DNA from: Octopus vulgaris
Lineage: Eukaryota
Length of the DNA: 64,000 nucleotides
Reading direction: 5' to 3'
Assembly (NCBI GenBank): GCA_951406725.2
Contig: OX597815.1
Location: forward strand, 139,996,001 to 140,060,000
Shown here: positions 13,831-28,022 of the stretch, one piece after another
Layout of the letters: each line of letters opens with the position of its first letter
Numbering within the stretch: the first letter of the stretch is position 1
Position numbers and translations under genes: made by a program
The notes under the pieces: generated by a model
Databases searched by the model: none
What the model was told of the DNA's origin: nothing
The model's input: only the letters and a program-made list of their open reading frames with translations

Positions 13831-14269
13831 AGTGATGTTGGTGGTGAAGTTGAAGTTGGTGGCGATATAGTCTCCGTGTCTGAGGTGGTGGTTTGATGCT
13901 GTAATTGGGAACTACGGTGGTTTGAAATTGCTGCGATAAGAAACCGCATCCTGTTTCGGAAATTTTTGCTTGACTGTGTTGCTTGACTGTAGTTGTTTAG
14001 CCCTCGAGTCAGTCCTGATAGCTCTGACTTATGTTCGAAAACATTCCAGTCGTCATATTCCTGTCTTTTATTTCTTTGTGCAGGGAACCCAAAACTACAC
14101 TATCCAAATTAGCCAATTTGTTTTGCAGAAAGAAAAGTTAGATTTTACGCGTGAGTGATTTAGCTGCTATTTCTTGTAGATCTAGAGACTAAACACAAGT
14201 TTCCTCATTGGCTTGTTTGATTCTGTCGTTGCCGTTGTTAAAAATGATGGTTATTATTTTCTTTTTTTC

Positions 14270-14659
14270 TTTTACTTGTTTCAGTCATTTGACTGCGGCC
14301 ATGCTGGAGCACCGTCTTTAGTCGTGCAAAATCGACCCCAGGACTTATTCTTTGTAAGCCTTGTACTTATTCTATCGGTCTCTCTTGCCGAACCGCTAGG
14401 TGACGGAGACGTAAACACACCAGCATCGGTTGTCAAGCGACGTTGGTGGGGGGTGGGGGACAAACACAGAAGCACAAACATACACACACATACATATATA
14501 CAACGGGCTTCTTTCAGTTTCTGTCTACCAAATCCACTCACAAGGTTTTGGTCAGCCCGAGGCTATAATAGAAGACACTTACCCAAGATGCCACGCAGCA
14601 GGACTGAACCCGGAACCATGTGGTTGGTAAGCAAGCTACTTACCACACAGCCACTCCTG
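14270..14659 (-). mobile_element. tRNA-derived SINE, family B
   Basis: Reverse complement of head GGAGTGGCTGTGTGGTAAGTAGCTTGCTTACCAACCACATGGTTCCGGGTTCAGTCC; internal CA/TA tract; tail CAGCATGGCCGCAGTCAAATGACTGAAACAAG. Confidence 0.9.
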
Positions 14660-14680
14660 TGGTTGTTAATTGTGTGTGAA

Positions 14681-14988
14681 GGCGCGTGGCTTAGTGGTTT
14701 GTGTATGCAGCTCACCAACACGAGTTTGATTCCCAGCGACACGTTATGTCCTTGAGCAAGACACTTTATTTTCTCGTTGCTCCAACTTACTCAGCTGGCA
14801 AAATGAATAGTACCAGTATTTCATAGATCCAGCCTTGTCACATTCTGTGTCACGCTGAATCTCCGAGAACTACGTTAAGGGCACGCATGTCTGTGGAGTG
14901 TTTATCAACTTGCGTGTTAATTTGACAAGCAGGCTGTTCCGTTGATCGTATAAAACAGAACACTCGTCGTAGTGATCGACGGAGTGCC
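14681..14988 (+). mobile_element. tRNA-derived SINE, family C
   Basis: A-box GGCGCGTGGCTTAGTGG, B-box-like GAGTTTGATTCCC, then TGTCCTTGAGCAAGACACTT; related heads at 19088-19366 (-) and 31541-32020 (+). Confidence 0.75.
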
Positions 14989-15064
14989 CAGCAAAATGTG
15001 TGAGATCTGTGGAGAACTCAATTGTATTCTTTGTTCTTCTTTTGTGGAGCGAACTGGAGCCATA

Positions 15065-15425
15065 GCACGACTAGAATAACCCATGAATGATCAGATAACC
15101 CGTTTGTACTCTAGTATAACATATGACTGATCAAATATCTTGTTTGCAAACTGGTATGACTGATCAACTATTTTGTTTATACATTAGTGTAACCTTTGAT
15201 TTATCTAATACTTTATTTGTACTCTAATATAACTTACGATTGATACAGTATTTCGTTTGTACACTGGTAAAATTAATCATTGATCTAAGAACTCATTTGT
15301 ACTCTATTAATCTATGATTGATCTAGTACCTTGTTTGTACTCTATTATAATCTGTGATTGATCGTGCATCTTGTTTTGTATACTGGTATGGCAGATGATT
15401 GATCTAATATGTTTGTACACTATTA
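15065..15425. repeat. Degenerate minisatellite, ~40-bp unit, about 9 copies
   Basis: Recurring TTGTTTGTAC(A/T)CT..TATAA....TGATTGATC at ~40-bp spacing. Confidence 0.85.
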
Positions 15426-15652
15426 TGTTGTATGCACAGTGGCATATGAATAATGAATGAGAGACATCATGAAATGTTCATGGTGGTGTGTGTGTGTATG
15501 TGTATGTGTGTGTACGTGTGTGTACGTATGCGTGTGTGTATGTGTGTACCATATATGTATGTATGTATATGTGTATGTATGTATGGATGTATGTATAAAT
15601 GTATATGTATATATATGTATGCGTATTTAAATATACATACGTTTATGTACAA

Positions 15653-15714
<62 letters not shown>

Positions 15715-17124
15715 ATGTATATATATATATGTATACACACACATATATATATATATATGCATGTGTGTATGCGTGCGTTGGTGTAAGCATGCATGTATGT
15801 TGTAGTGTGCAATAAAATTACCATTACCTGCAGCTGCTGCCAACTACACGATATCTACCTGCAACATACCAAAGAATGTCTTTGCAACAAAATTTACCAA
15901 TTTCTAAACAGCTGCACCCCAACTTTATATCTCGTGTTTAGCTTATCCCCTCCCACCACCCTATTCACAGCTTTAAATACCAGCATTTTATTTCCCTCCA
16001 GATTCTGATAATCCTGCACAAATGGTAGATTTTTTTTTCTTTAGAAATGGAGAAATAGTTGAAGACTTACCATTTATTCCTTTTGGCAGGTTTGACTAGA
16101 ATTGAAATAAGATAGAGAGAGAAAGAAGGAGAAGAAGAAAGGAAGAAGGTATGGAAAAAAGAAGAGAAAGAAAGAAGAGAAAGAAAAAGAGAGAAAGTCT
16201 GACACAATAGAAAGACGAAGGCAAAGAGAGAAAGAAAAATCAGGGAGAAAGGAAACAAGAAAAATTGAAAAGAGAGGAAATGAGAAAAAAAAAAGAAATT
16301 GAGAGTTAGATATGGCGAAGGAGAAGGATGAGATGAAGGGAGAGAGAAAGAGGGAGAGGAGAGAGGGAGAGAGCTTTAAAACAAGAAGTAAAAGAAAACA
16401 GCATAATGCAAAAATTGAAGAGAAGTAAAGATTTTAAATTCCAAAGAATTGAGGAAGATGCGAAGGAAAGCGAAAAGATTAAGGAATGTCAATGTCTCCC
16501 TAATTGGCACTGCACTAACAAGAATGATTCTATTTTGTGTGTTGAGATAGCAGTGAGGTAGATTCTAAAATTATAGATAGGTATCAGTACATTCTGTAGC
16601 TGAACATTCAACAATGACACCAAGATAAGTTGCTGCAAAGAAATGCACAAATATGCATGAATAACACGTATTTTATGCACTAATGTGCATGCATAACACA
16701 TGTAGCATATGCACAAATGCAACAGAGAAGCGAATGAACAAGTACAGCAGAATCATTGGATGCGCAAATCAAACACATGCGAATTTGAAAATGTTAACAT
16801 GACAGTTTATTTTTTTTAATGAGTGAAAAAAAAAATTACCTCATCAAAAATAAAATATACGAAAACAAATAGAATTTTGAAACCATCTGTCGAAGAAGTG
16901 ATATTAATCTTGGGTGGTTTGACAACTTTTTGACAGTTCTTGGTGCTTGTTGTGGTTGTAAATTTAATTATAACAGACAAAGCTTGCTATCAGCGCTGAT
17001 CATCATAGCATTAGTGACCAACACCTTAATAATATTTTCTTTTTGCAATATTTTTTCTTAAATACAGTTCGATGTAAAAATCATTCTCAAACAGAAACAA
17101 ACATGTGAGCTTATTTGCTAGGTC

Positions 17125-17563
17125 ATCGTTGCAGTCGTCGTCGTCGTCGACGTCCTCCTCCTCCTCTTTCTCCTCCACCTCCTCTTTCGGTAGCCACAAT
17201 GAATTTGTTTATCATCAACATCATCATCATCAGCAGCAGCAGCAGCAGCATCACCACCACCACCAACACCACGACCACCACGACCACCACGACCACCACA
17301 CGACCACCACCACCACCACCACCACCACCACCACCGCCGTCGTCGTCGTCGCCGTCGTCGTCACCACGACCACGACCACCACGACCACGACCACCACGAC
17401 CACCACGACCACGACCACGACCACCACGACCACCACGACCACGACCACGACCACACCACGACCACGACCACGACCACCACGACCACGACCACCACGACCA
17501 CCGCCACCGCCACCGCCGCCACCGCCACCGCCGCCGCTGTCGTCGTCGTCGTCGTCGTCGTCG

Positions 17564-17651
<88 letters not shown>
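17125..17651. repeat. Compound trinucleotide array (TCG, CAT, CAG, CAC, GAC)
   Basis: Direct inspection; similar arrays at 18850-19083 and 49414-49830. Confidence 0.95.
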
Positions 17652-17652
<1 letters not shown>

Positions 17653-18050
17653 TTTAGGAACATCATGTATTTTGAAAAGTTTCAAGGTTACACGTCATCG
17701 CCAGTTATCTCTCCGTATTCGTGAAATTCTCGTACGTTACAGAAATGTCTTTGGTTGCTTCACATGTTGTTTTTGCGTTCCATCTGTTTGTTGTGTAGAA
17801 CATACGCTGTGTCAGTCGTGTTTATAGTATTGAGTGGGGATCATGTTTTTTATGCGTTTTACTGTTGCATCACGATTGGGTAGAATGAGTTGCAGGAGTT
17901 GTCCAATTGTTATGTGGGTTGTAAAGAGACTGTCTTGCCCGTTGCGTCAAGCAGGACATTCTTTTGTAATATGTATAATGATGTAAAACTTACGATGAAG
18001 ACGGAAAAAAACAAACAATACCCGTAACTTACATTTAAAACTTCAATATA

Positions 18051-18388
18051 GGCGCAGAAGTGGCTGTGTGATAAGTAGCTTGCTTACAAATGACATGGTT
18101 CTGGGTTCAGTCCCACTGCGTGGCACCTTTGGCAAGTGTCTTCTACTATAGCCTCGAGCCGACCAAAGCCTTGTGAGAGTTGGTAGACGAAAACTGAAAG
18201 AAGCTCGTTTTGTATGTATGTATACACACACACACATGTATATATATATATATGCGTGTGTGTGTGTGTGGTTGTGTTTCTGTGTTTGTCCCCCAACATC
18301 GCTTGACAACCGATGCTGGTGTGTTTAGGTCCCCGTAACTTAGCGGTTCGGCAAAAGAGAATCGATAGTACTAGGCTTACAAAGAATA
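18051..18388 (+). mobile_element. SINE family B
   Basis: GGCGCAGAAGTGGCTGTGTGATAAGTAGCTTGC..GGGTTCAGTCCCACTGCGTGGCACC. Confidence 0.9.
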
Positions 18389-18931
18389 ACACACACACAC
18401 ACACATGCTATAACGTAAGATTTCGCGCTACGATTGTTGCAGCTGATAAGCGGTATATTCTTTAAGTGCAGAGTATATTTCGAGATATTATCTTCGTATA
18501 TCAAATACTGAATGATAGCTGAGCGTCAGAAGTGTCTAAACAACTAAACAAGATCTCCTGAGACCATGCTATCTCTCAAAGAAGAAATGATACTATAATG
18601 ATGTGCAACAGTAAATATGTGAAGGGATATATGGAATTAAATGCCTGGTATTAAGGTGTATATATATATAAGGTGAAGAATGCTAGTGCTGCTAAGCTTT
18701 TCAAGTATGGTTCAAAGAAAGTAATTCCATTCTTAGCGCTTAAGACTTAATTTGAAGTGTTATAAGAAATTTGATGGGATTTTATATGGCTTAATGGCAT
18801 TATATAGGAAATGTTATATAAACAGTGGGGAGTGCAGCAAAAATAGCAAATAATGATCGTAATAATGAGGATGGTTATGATGAAGATGATGACGATGGTG
18901 ACCATGATGACGACAATGACGATGATGACAA

Positions 18932-18997
<66 letters not shown>

Positions 18998-19049
18998 CAC
19001 AACCACCACTACCACCACCACCACCACCACAACCACCACCATCACCACC

Positions 19050-19083
<34 letters not shown>

Positions 19084-19087
19084 AACA

Positions 19088-19366
19088 ATTCCTCTCCAAG
19101 GCACAAGTCTGGACAAAGTTGCTTACGGAAGACCAGCAGTCGCCCATGCATACTGGCTTCTCCCTTTTCCACGCCACCCATATTGTCCAAGGAAAGCAAA
19201 GGCCGATACAGCTTGGCAAAATGAAATCGCAACTCATTTCTACAGATGATTGAACTGAAGCAACGTGAAATAAAGTGCCTTGCTCAAGAACACAACACAG
19301 CCCGGTCCAGGAATCGAACTCACTACAACATAATTGTGAGCCCGATGTTCTAACCATTGAGTCATG
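19088..19366 (-). mobile_element. SINE with family-C-like head
   Basis: Reverse complement contains GAGTTCGATTCC and GTGTTCTTGAGCAAGGCACTTTATTTCACGTTGCT. Confidence 0.7.
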
Positions 19367-21004
19367 CACATTTACCTGTATACACGTGTTCACGCACAAA
19401 CTACCCGTCCAAAGAATAGCGTTTGTTTTTTTTATAAATGTTTGGCTTTGGGAATGAAGTGACAAATGGTAGTTTGCAATGTGCTGCTAATTACAGTTGG
19501 CATTATTCCGCCGTCTGTTACCGAAACCTCTGTGACATTTTGTATGATATCTTCTGTATCAATAAATTAACTGCCGTGTGACATTTTCTGTATGACATTT
19601 TCTGTAGTCAAGAAGCTGACATCTATGTCACATCTTAAGTGATATCTGTGGTCAAAAGTAGCTGAGAAATTGACAGTTATGTAAAATTTTCTGTGGCATT
19701 TCTGTGCTCGAAACGTTGATATCTCTGTGATAATTTCTGTTTGTGACATCTTCTATTTTAAGTTGATGGCATCCAAAAGGAAGACAAAGTCCCTTGTGTG
19801 TAGGGACCAACATTAGTGCCGCTATCTGGTTGTCTCTATAGTGAGTTTCATCAGTGCCGCAGTCTGGTTTGTGGTTTAAAGAACATCCGGTTGTAGCATT
19901 ATGTTAGATACTTCATTACTGGAAATGAATCTAAATTATTAAATATCTTCCGTGATACAACAAAGTGAAATGAAATAAGTTTCTCATTTTGACATCGTTA
20001 ACTTGGCGTCAGACCAATCTATAATGTATGATTAGAATATTACTGAAAATTAGTTTGAACTAATTAACTAAAAGCTCTAATAGGATTATTTCAAATCACT
20101 AATTAATGTGTCAGCCCCGTTGGCTTTCAAGAACTGCTCTTATTTGTTATTCCAAATGTCTTGTTGAACCCTGTAGGGAATTAAAATTCACTTCTCACTC
20201 GTGAGAAATAGCGAAAAATGTCTTACTAAATGGAGCGGCTAATCAGTAGAGTTTTATTGCAGGCTTGATTGACAAACAGCTACTTTTCCATGTGGGATCA
20301 CTAACTTATTCGACGGTAAAGCAATTATTTTGCACATTTGCTATGTATAGGTGATGCCACAGCCTAAATAACTAAATACGCAGACATAAATACTCCAGTT
20401 AAAATCGATACAGGCTATCTCTTTGATTTCAATTGTACTTATATAGGTTTCGAAGTTTCTCTTAAAGGGAAAAGTGAAACGAAACTCCGCCGAGGTTATT
20501 TTAATTACGTAGCCGAGGATCGACTGACAGGAAGTGAATGGTGTTTAGGTTATAGCTACCTTGAGGGGCATTCAGGTGTTGTGTATTAAAATAAATACTG
20601 ACAGGCCATTAGAAAGTGTAATGGATTTTAATAGAGTCTTGGGAAGCGTCATCTGCATTAATTTGACGGAACTGAGTGTGGAATGTTGACTTATACATTC
20701 ATTTATGCATGCGTACATACATATATTACGTACATACAGATACACACATGCACGCACGTACACATGCACACTCAGAGGCATATAAACATACACATATACG
20801 CATGGATATGATACATATATATGCACACATTCATGTATATATAAATATATATATATATACGTTTGTATATACATATATATATACATACATATACATACAT
20901 ATACATACATACATACACATACATACATACACATACATAATACATACATATATACATACATACATTCATACATACATACATACATACATACATGCATACA
21001 TACA

Positions 21005-21074
<70 letters not shown>

Positions 21075-21075
<1 letters not shown>

Positions 21076-21360
21076 GTGTAGGAGTGCCTGTGTGGTAAGA
21101 AGCTTGCTTGCCAAGCACATGGTCCCGGGTTCAGTCCCACTGCGTAGCACCTTGGGTAAGTATCTTCTACTGTAGCCTCGAGGCCGACCAAAACCTTGTG
21201 AGTGGATCTGGTAGATGGAAACTGAAAGAAGCCCATCGTATATATATATATGTGTGTGTCTATCTGTGTTTGTCCTGCCACCATTGCCTGGGGTCGATTT
21301 GTTCTGCTAAAAGCTGTACTCCAGCATAGCCACAGTCAAATGACTGAAACAAATAAAAGA
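21075..21360 (+). mobile_element. SINE family B (internally shortened)
   Basis: Same head and 3' tail as the 14270 and 18051 copies. Confidence 0.85.
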
Positions 21361-21391
<31 letters not shown>

Positions 21392-21479
21392 CTTCCTATA
21401 TGCAGTTCACTATTTTTCTCTCGTTCTGGTCTAACGACCCTCCATAAATCTTAAATTTTATATTAGAATTTATGGGAGC

Positions 21480-21665
21480 AACTACTTTGAAGACTCACAT
21501 TGTCGTTGAATGCTCGAAATGAAGAGTAGATAGGCAGCAGACAACTGTGTTTACTTTTCCTGTTTTCCTTTTTTCCCCTGGTGTTTACGTATTCCGCTCA
21601 TTTCCCCCTTATTTGTTTACGCATTTCATGCTATTTGCACTGTTGGTAATGTCCTGTACCCATAT
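21480..21665. repeat. Dispersed pLTR-like repeat; diverged inverse homologue at ~32498-32650
   Basis: GCTCGAAAT..GAGTAGA..CAACTG ... ATGTCCTGTACC shared in opposite orientation. Confidence 0.55.
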
Positions 21666-21779
21666 ATGCATGTGTGTATATATATATATATTATATATTA
21701 GGAATACTATTCCCTCAAATTATTATTATTATTATTATATATATATTACCTATATGTATAAATATATATTACACACACA

Positions 21780-21846
<67 letters not shown>

Positions 21847-22089
21847 ATATATATATATATACATTACCTATATATGTTTGTTTGTATATGCTGTGTTTGT
21901 GTATGCTTGTGCAATTAATGTGCATCAGCCCTTTATCATTCTTATATTATGTTTATAGGCTTATGTGTATGTGTGTATGTGTGTATGTGTGTGTGTGTGT
22001 GTGTGTGTGTAGAATTGATTTACGTAGATGATTAAGGTGAACATATATTGATTGGTGTTGAAGTTGTGTGGTTATTCCATCATATTTTC

Positions 22090-23100
22090 CTGTATTTGCG
22101 GGAGTTGATGTGCAAGGCAAGTATGCTCTGAAGATCTCAATCTTATTGTTCAATTTTATATTATTGGATTTTAATCCGTGAGCTATCCGGAACTTCCCAG
22201 TTAGGCAAAGAGAACATCTCTTGGTTCTTCTACCCAGAATTTTCCATTTGATGGTAAATGGTATTCTTTTCCTTGTAGTTTCCAGACTCCAGACTAGTTG
22301 CGTGATTTCTGTTGTCCTCTTTCCCGGATGTTTGAAGAACCTAACATGTGAATGGTACTGTTGCTTAAAACGATCCTGTACCATACTCACATATTATTCT
22401 CCGTTCTCTGTTTGGCTGGTTCGAACTGGTGCAATGGTGGCTTCATATACTATAGACTTCACTTTACATTCTCGTTGTTGCGGGTAGTCATCCTTTATCA
22501 TGCAGGAACATCCTTGGTTTTATTCGGATTCGATTTTTGGGGTGATTTTTGGCCTCATGTAAGGTCTGCAGAAATAGCTGATTTTCTCAGAATGCCTATT
22601 GATTATCTTATACTTGCTTTTGTTTTTGTCTCCTGATTCAAGGTTAGATATATACTTAATTTCATCTTTGGGTTCGCTGTCTTCGAGTACTTCATTATAG
22701 TAAGGAGCTGTTTATGAAATATCTATTTTGAGGAAGATAAGCTGGAGATCCTGCAGCTAATATTGAGGACTAGGTTTTTAAATACTACGGGTGGCATGAC
22801 TCTCTGTTAATATATCTTAACCTTTCATTGAGTTTATGGTACAGTTTATAAGCATCTGTAGTTAAATCTAGGTTAACATCTGGGAAATTAGCATTAGTGA
22901 GCTTAGTACCTACTGTTATTTATAGTCTTAAGTTGCTAAGGGTCTCAGTTAGGTCTTTACAAAATTTATTTATGGTATGGGCGTTGCATTTATGCATGAT
23001 AATTAAAGTATCGTCGCGGTAGAGATCAATGGTGCGGTTGTGGAATTTTTCCTTAAGTGTTTGAAGGATGAATAATCTAATGAAGTTGCTCACACTGAGA
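22090..23100 (-). mobile_element. Old degenerate Penelope-like element (RT C-terminus + GIY-YIG endonuclease)
   Basis: DLYRDD RT motif (~23010-23030); GCSC..YP..ECKVKSIVYEATI..YVSMVQDRFKQQYHSH..VWSL..FTIKWKIL..CSLCL..KLNNKIEIF, collinear with the element at 41469-42508; multiple stops. Confidence 0.85.
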
Positions 23101-23204
23101 CTCTTTAAAACATTGCCTAGCATATTTGTTCCCGCTGTCTGTGATTTAGTTCAAGTCCTGTCGTAGTCAAATTTGCTTTTTATCTTTTCGTAGTCTGTAA
23201 AGGT

Positions 23205-23241
<37 letters not shown>

Positions 23242-25158
23242 GGCTATAGTCAGACTTGGAACAGGATGAGCTTATCTGAGTATAAAATGCCTAAGACAGG
23301 CTGAATATCAGGGTGGTTCCCTTACGACTCCATCAGAATTTGATAGATCCCTGAAGGAAGAAGCTGTCCTATTTAACATACTTTTCAAATGAATCAGAGA
23401 ATGCAGTGACCTTCAACGTTGCATCACATTCTTCCGCATTACGAAATAACATAACATCTATTAAATCGAGAGTAAATTTTGAAGTTGTGTGCAGTACAAT
23501 AAAATTAGCTTGTTTAACATGTGGTGCAAAGAGATGGTTGAATGATTAAAAACTTTACTTAGTAACTTTGTGGTTTAGGGTTTGATACCTTATGCAATTG
23601 TTTTCTACTGTAGCTATATCGACTAATGACCTATGAATGACATTTAGTGGACGAAAACTGTACAGAAGCCAGTCGAAATGGACAGTTTCTGTTCTAGAAG
23701 GGTAGACTTAATCCGTTGCTCACCTTAACACCATCAGTCGGTTCTTCGATTCTTTTCGCGGAACCCACTCTCTTCACAAGGATTCTGATGTGTGTCCAAT
23801 TTGAAGATGGCTTCTTCATTTTCAATACCATAAGAGATTGTTATGGGCGCAATCTTTCCTCCTTTAAGTTATAAATAAAAGAAATTATGTCATCATTTTA
23901 TTAAAGAACATCGAAAAAAAGTTTTGTAAGCGAAAATAAGGAAGCAATTAAGTTTTCAAAACTGGTGTTTTCACCATTTCTTTAATTAACGTAACGTATA
24001 AGGACAACGAGCTCGATTGCCATTATGTATCAACACAAATAACTGCTGGGACCAATTGTACCATTTGTAATACACGAAATCTGGTTTAGAACAAAAATTA
24101 TTTCTTGGTTCCTGTCTTTACTATCTATTTTGCTCAACCCACGGCAATGTTAGATTTGTTTATTTTGATTCCTCACAGAAAAAAAGAAGGAAGGAAATGA
24201 GAAAAAATGCGTCCTTTTGAAGTAAAACGAGAACAAAAAAAGATAGAAATTATATTATCGAAAGAAAACTGATTTAGAGGAAAAGTTTCAGCGAAAATAT
24301 AAAAGAAAAATATAAGAGAAAAACGCAGGAGAAAAAATATATATAAGGAAAATATAAATGAAAAATATAAGACACAAATTTTAAAGAAAATAGGACAGTA
24401 AGAAAATAGAAACAGAAAATGCCAACAGACGAAACATTAAGAGGAAAAAATATATATAAAAAAGAAGACACTTTCAAGAAATACAGAAGAATATTTAAAA
24501 AGAGAAATGTCACGGATAAAAAAATATACAAAAAATAAACGAGTAAAAAGAAACATAACATGAAAAACAGTAATAAAAAGTGAAAACTGAAGAAGTATCG
24601 GGGCATTAAACTAAAGTTATATATCTTTTCTTTTTACAGTAATGGATTGTCAACATTTGTAGTTACTGCAACCATTACTAGTGTTGTTTAATCGTATGCG
24701 AGGGTGTGCAGTCATACAAAACTGCTGATACCAGTCTTGTAGCTTATCTCATCCTGCTTCTGCCACTGCCACAACTAGGTGGTAACGTCTAGACCAATTT
24801 CTCTATATTTAGTACTGCTTCCGATTTTAATATTATATTCATTCAAAATTCTTAGGTAGTGATAGTGATATGGCTTTAATGATATTAATGGTGCTTTTCA
24901 ATTATTGCAGGTTTGTGTTTAGAGAGAAAACAAAGGCACAGAGAAGCTCCTTCCCTCCACTACTTCCTTGCATAGCAAGTTCTAATGCACTAACATAGAT
25001 TGGTCGTGTATTCAAATGTATTTTATTAAATCACCATTAATTATTTTCTTTATTTATGGATGATTTAAAATTATATGTGGGAGGTAACCGACATCCTTTT
25101 ACAACATCCCATAAGCTCAACTGAAGTGTGCAAACATTTTATGGTTTATTTTATTTAA

Positions 25159-25590
25159 GGCGGTGACCTGGAAAAATCGTAGGTACGCCGGTCAAAATGC
25201 TTAGCGGTGTTTAGTCCGTCTTTACATTCCAAGTTCAAATTCCGTCAAAGTCGATTTTGCCTTTCATCCTTTCAAAGTCGATGAAATAAGTACCAGTTAC
25301 GTACTGGAGTCAATGTAATTGACTCTCTCGTTCCCTTCTCAATTTCATGCCTTGTGCCTATAGCAGAAATAATTATCTAATTAATCTGTATTAGCGCGAC
25401 TGACAAAATGCTTAACTGCATTTTTCTCGGCTCTTAACGCTCCGAGTTCAGATTCCGCCACGATCAGCTTTGCCTTCCATCCTTCCGGAGTCCATTAAGT
25501 AAGTACCAGTTGGGCATTTGGGTCGATGTAATCAACGTAACCCTTCCCTTAAAAAAATGTTGGAATCCTGCCAAAATTTGAAACGGTTAT
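25159..25590 (+). mobile_element. Two tandem diverged copies of SINE family A
   Basis: Two occurrences of AGTTCA(A/G)ATTCCG..TTTGCCTT.CATCCTT..AAGTACCAGTT. Confidence 0.75.
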
Positions 25591-27404
25591 TTAGTTAATC
25601 CAAGAAAAGAGAAGGGGCAGGAAAGATAGAATAGAACACCGAGACATGAGAAGATTGACCATAGTTTGTTAGGTTAGCACAATTGATATTCACTATAAGG
25701 CTAGTGGCTGGAAGGGAAATGATTGACTAGGCTTATAGAGAGAAAGACTAACCGAGGAGCAGAGATTGAGTCAATAGTTTTGTAAATTGGTCTTGGAGAT
25801 TTATTTAGTGTGGGCGACACATAAACGAAATTGAAGGCGTCGCATAGACTAAAGTAAGAAAAAGATACAATATTTGAAATTGAGAAGAATCGGAAATAAC
25901 TGAGATATGAAATCACCGGCTTTCTACAAAAACCTGGCTACAGGAACATATCACAGAAATGTATTCTTTGTCTTTTCAACTACATCACTGAAATTGTCAT
26001 CTTATTACTGTAGGCTGCCAGATCGAAGATTCTTCTGATGCAAATATTTTACAGAAGTTTCTTTGAAGGTCACTTCAGGAATTTTTGATGTTTGTGTATT
26101 TGATATTTTTTATTGTTATATGTGTATTCACTTTTGACAATATTGTTGACGTCAGTTACCTCCCTTTGATCTCGCTTGTTTATGGAGAACAGTTAGCATT
26201 TGATGAAGCTTTTTGACATAATCTTCTAATGTCTGCAAGTGTTTTCTCTGTTTCATCAGCCTACATTGTTATTCTACAGATAACTTGATGCTATCACTAA
26301 AATATCGTACACTGAGCATAATCTGAAATACGTTACTAGTAGCAACAGGTATATTTTAACGAAAAATCATTTGATCATGCGCAGAAATTTAAATACATCT
26401 CGGCTCAAGATGTTTTATTATTGGATAGAATTTTGTTCTATGGAACTGACAGCTGGCTCATCTAGAAGATCTTTTAGGGAAAGAAACCTCTCATTTTGAG
26501 AAGAATGTGATCTATGAAGCTGTTCATTACCTCTTCTCGTGTACCCCAATGTTAACTTTTCAGGAATTTGGAATAATTTAATGGAAATGGCTCCAATGTA
26601 TTACTGATTCCTAATCTGTCAAACACTGCGGGACAAGCGGATGACATAGCCATACCGTGAATACATGTACATTGTTGTCAGAGGACTTTGCATAAATTCA
26701 TAAATAATGATTATTAAAACTATATGAATAAGGATTTCTGGTCCAATTATTGACAGAAGGCGAGGGATAGGCGATTGAACATGACCAGATAGTACATGAC
26801 TATACTACATTACTATATGACTGCATCACTTGACCACATCACATGACAGGTATAAATTCTATCAAACCTAGAACGTTCAATAACAAAGTCGGCCGTGATA
26901 AGACATGGAAATACGAAAGACAATGGTATGGTGTATTTTCTCCGAAGCTCTACATTCAATGCACTGTCTTCAACTGAGGCAGCAGTTAGAAATAAGAGCC
27001 AAATTCCTCCAAATTCAACTCTAGCGTCTTAAAATGATATTAAATAAATTATAAAAAATATATAGTCTAAGACATAAAAGAAGCTGATGTCTAGCGACGT
27101 GGTCTCAGTTTTAGTTTCAGAAAAACAAAACCGAAAAAATTCTGTGTGTGTGTGTGTATGAATGTAGCATTTCTATGTGCTTATATTCACAGAAAGATAT
27201 TATTTCCATAAATATATAACTATATATCATATATCATGCCATATATATATATATATATATAATCAGCCGAAATTCCAAGGATGATCCGGTTCTTGACTGA
27301 AGATTGAAGGCTTCGAATGTCCCGTCCGTGTTTTTTGTATCGTCTCCTAAATGTTTTGCGTTCTTGTCCCAGTTTGTATTTTTATACACTCACACACAAC
27401 ACAC

Positions 27405-27491
<87 letters not shown>

Positions 27492-27552
27492 CACACACAC
27501 ATATATATATATGTATGTATATATATATGTATGTATATATATATTATCATTA

Positions 27553-28022
27553 ATAGCAATGTGCACCAAAGTAGAACAAAGAGCAATAATCCGATTTCTC
27601 TGGTCGAAAGATGTGTCAGGTGCATCGAAAGCTTTTAGTACAATACAGGGGCACTGCACTACCGCGTAGAAGTGTGTATGAGTGGATCGAGAAGTTTAAA
27701 AGTGGCCATGAAGAGGGAGCAGGACACTCGTCAAGCTCCACAACTGACGAGAAGATTTAGCAAGCTCTAGAGATGGCAATGGTGAACCGGTTCATCATTA
27801 CCATTTCTCACATCACTGCTCATTGTTCTTCTTGAGTGCACATTGCTAGAGGAGTGGCCACACTTACACTGTAAAGCCAGAAACAAAAATGGCACGATCA
27901 TGCTCAAAATTCGATCACGTGACCACAAGAGTACCTACTATAAGCACGCATGCGCAGAAGGTAGTGTGATAATGATAAAGATATGTTAAGGTGATAGTGC
28001 AGATAATTTTTGACTTTTCCTC

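Noticed and set aside
15065-15425. CRISPR-like array
   Set aside because: Whole units are degenerate tandem copies with no unique spacers; eukaryotic context, no cas genes
17105-17827. 240-aa Ser/His/Thr/Pro-rich ORF (likewise 18825-19253, 49250-49855, 12983-13870)
   Set aside because: Compound trinucleotide arrays open in several frames on both strands; no domain or splice context
23340-23375. Inverted pLTR hammerhead remnant (CTGAAGG..AGCTGTC) upstream of the old PLE
   Set aside because: Core incomplete and stems absent; could be chance
25030-25085. LFMDDLKLY RT-like motif
   Set aside because: Probably a tiny R4-type LINE relic, but too short to delimit as a feature
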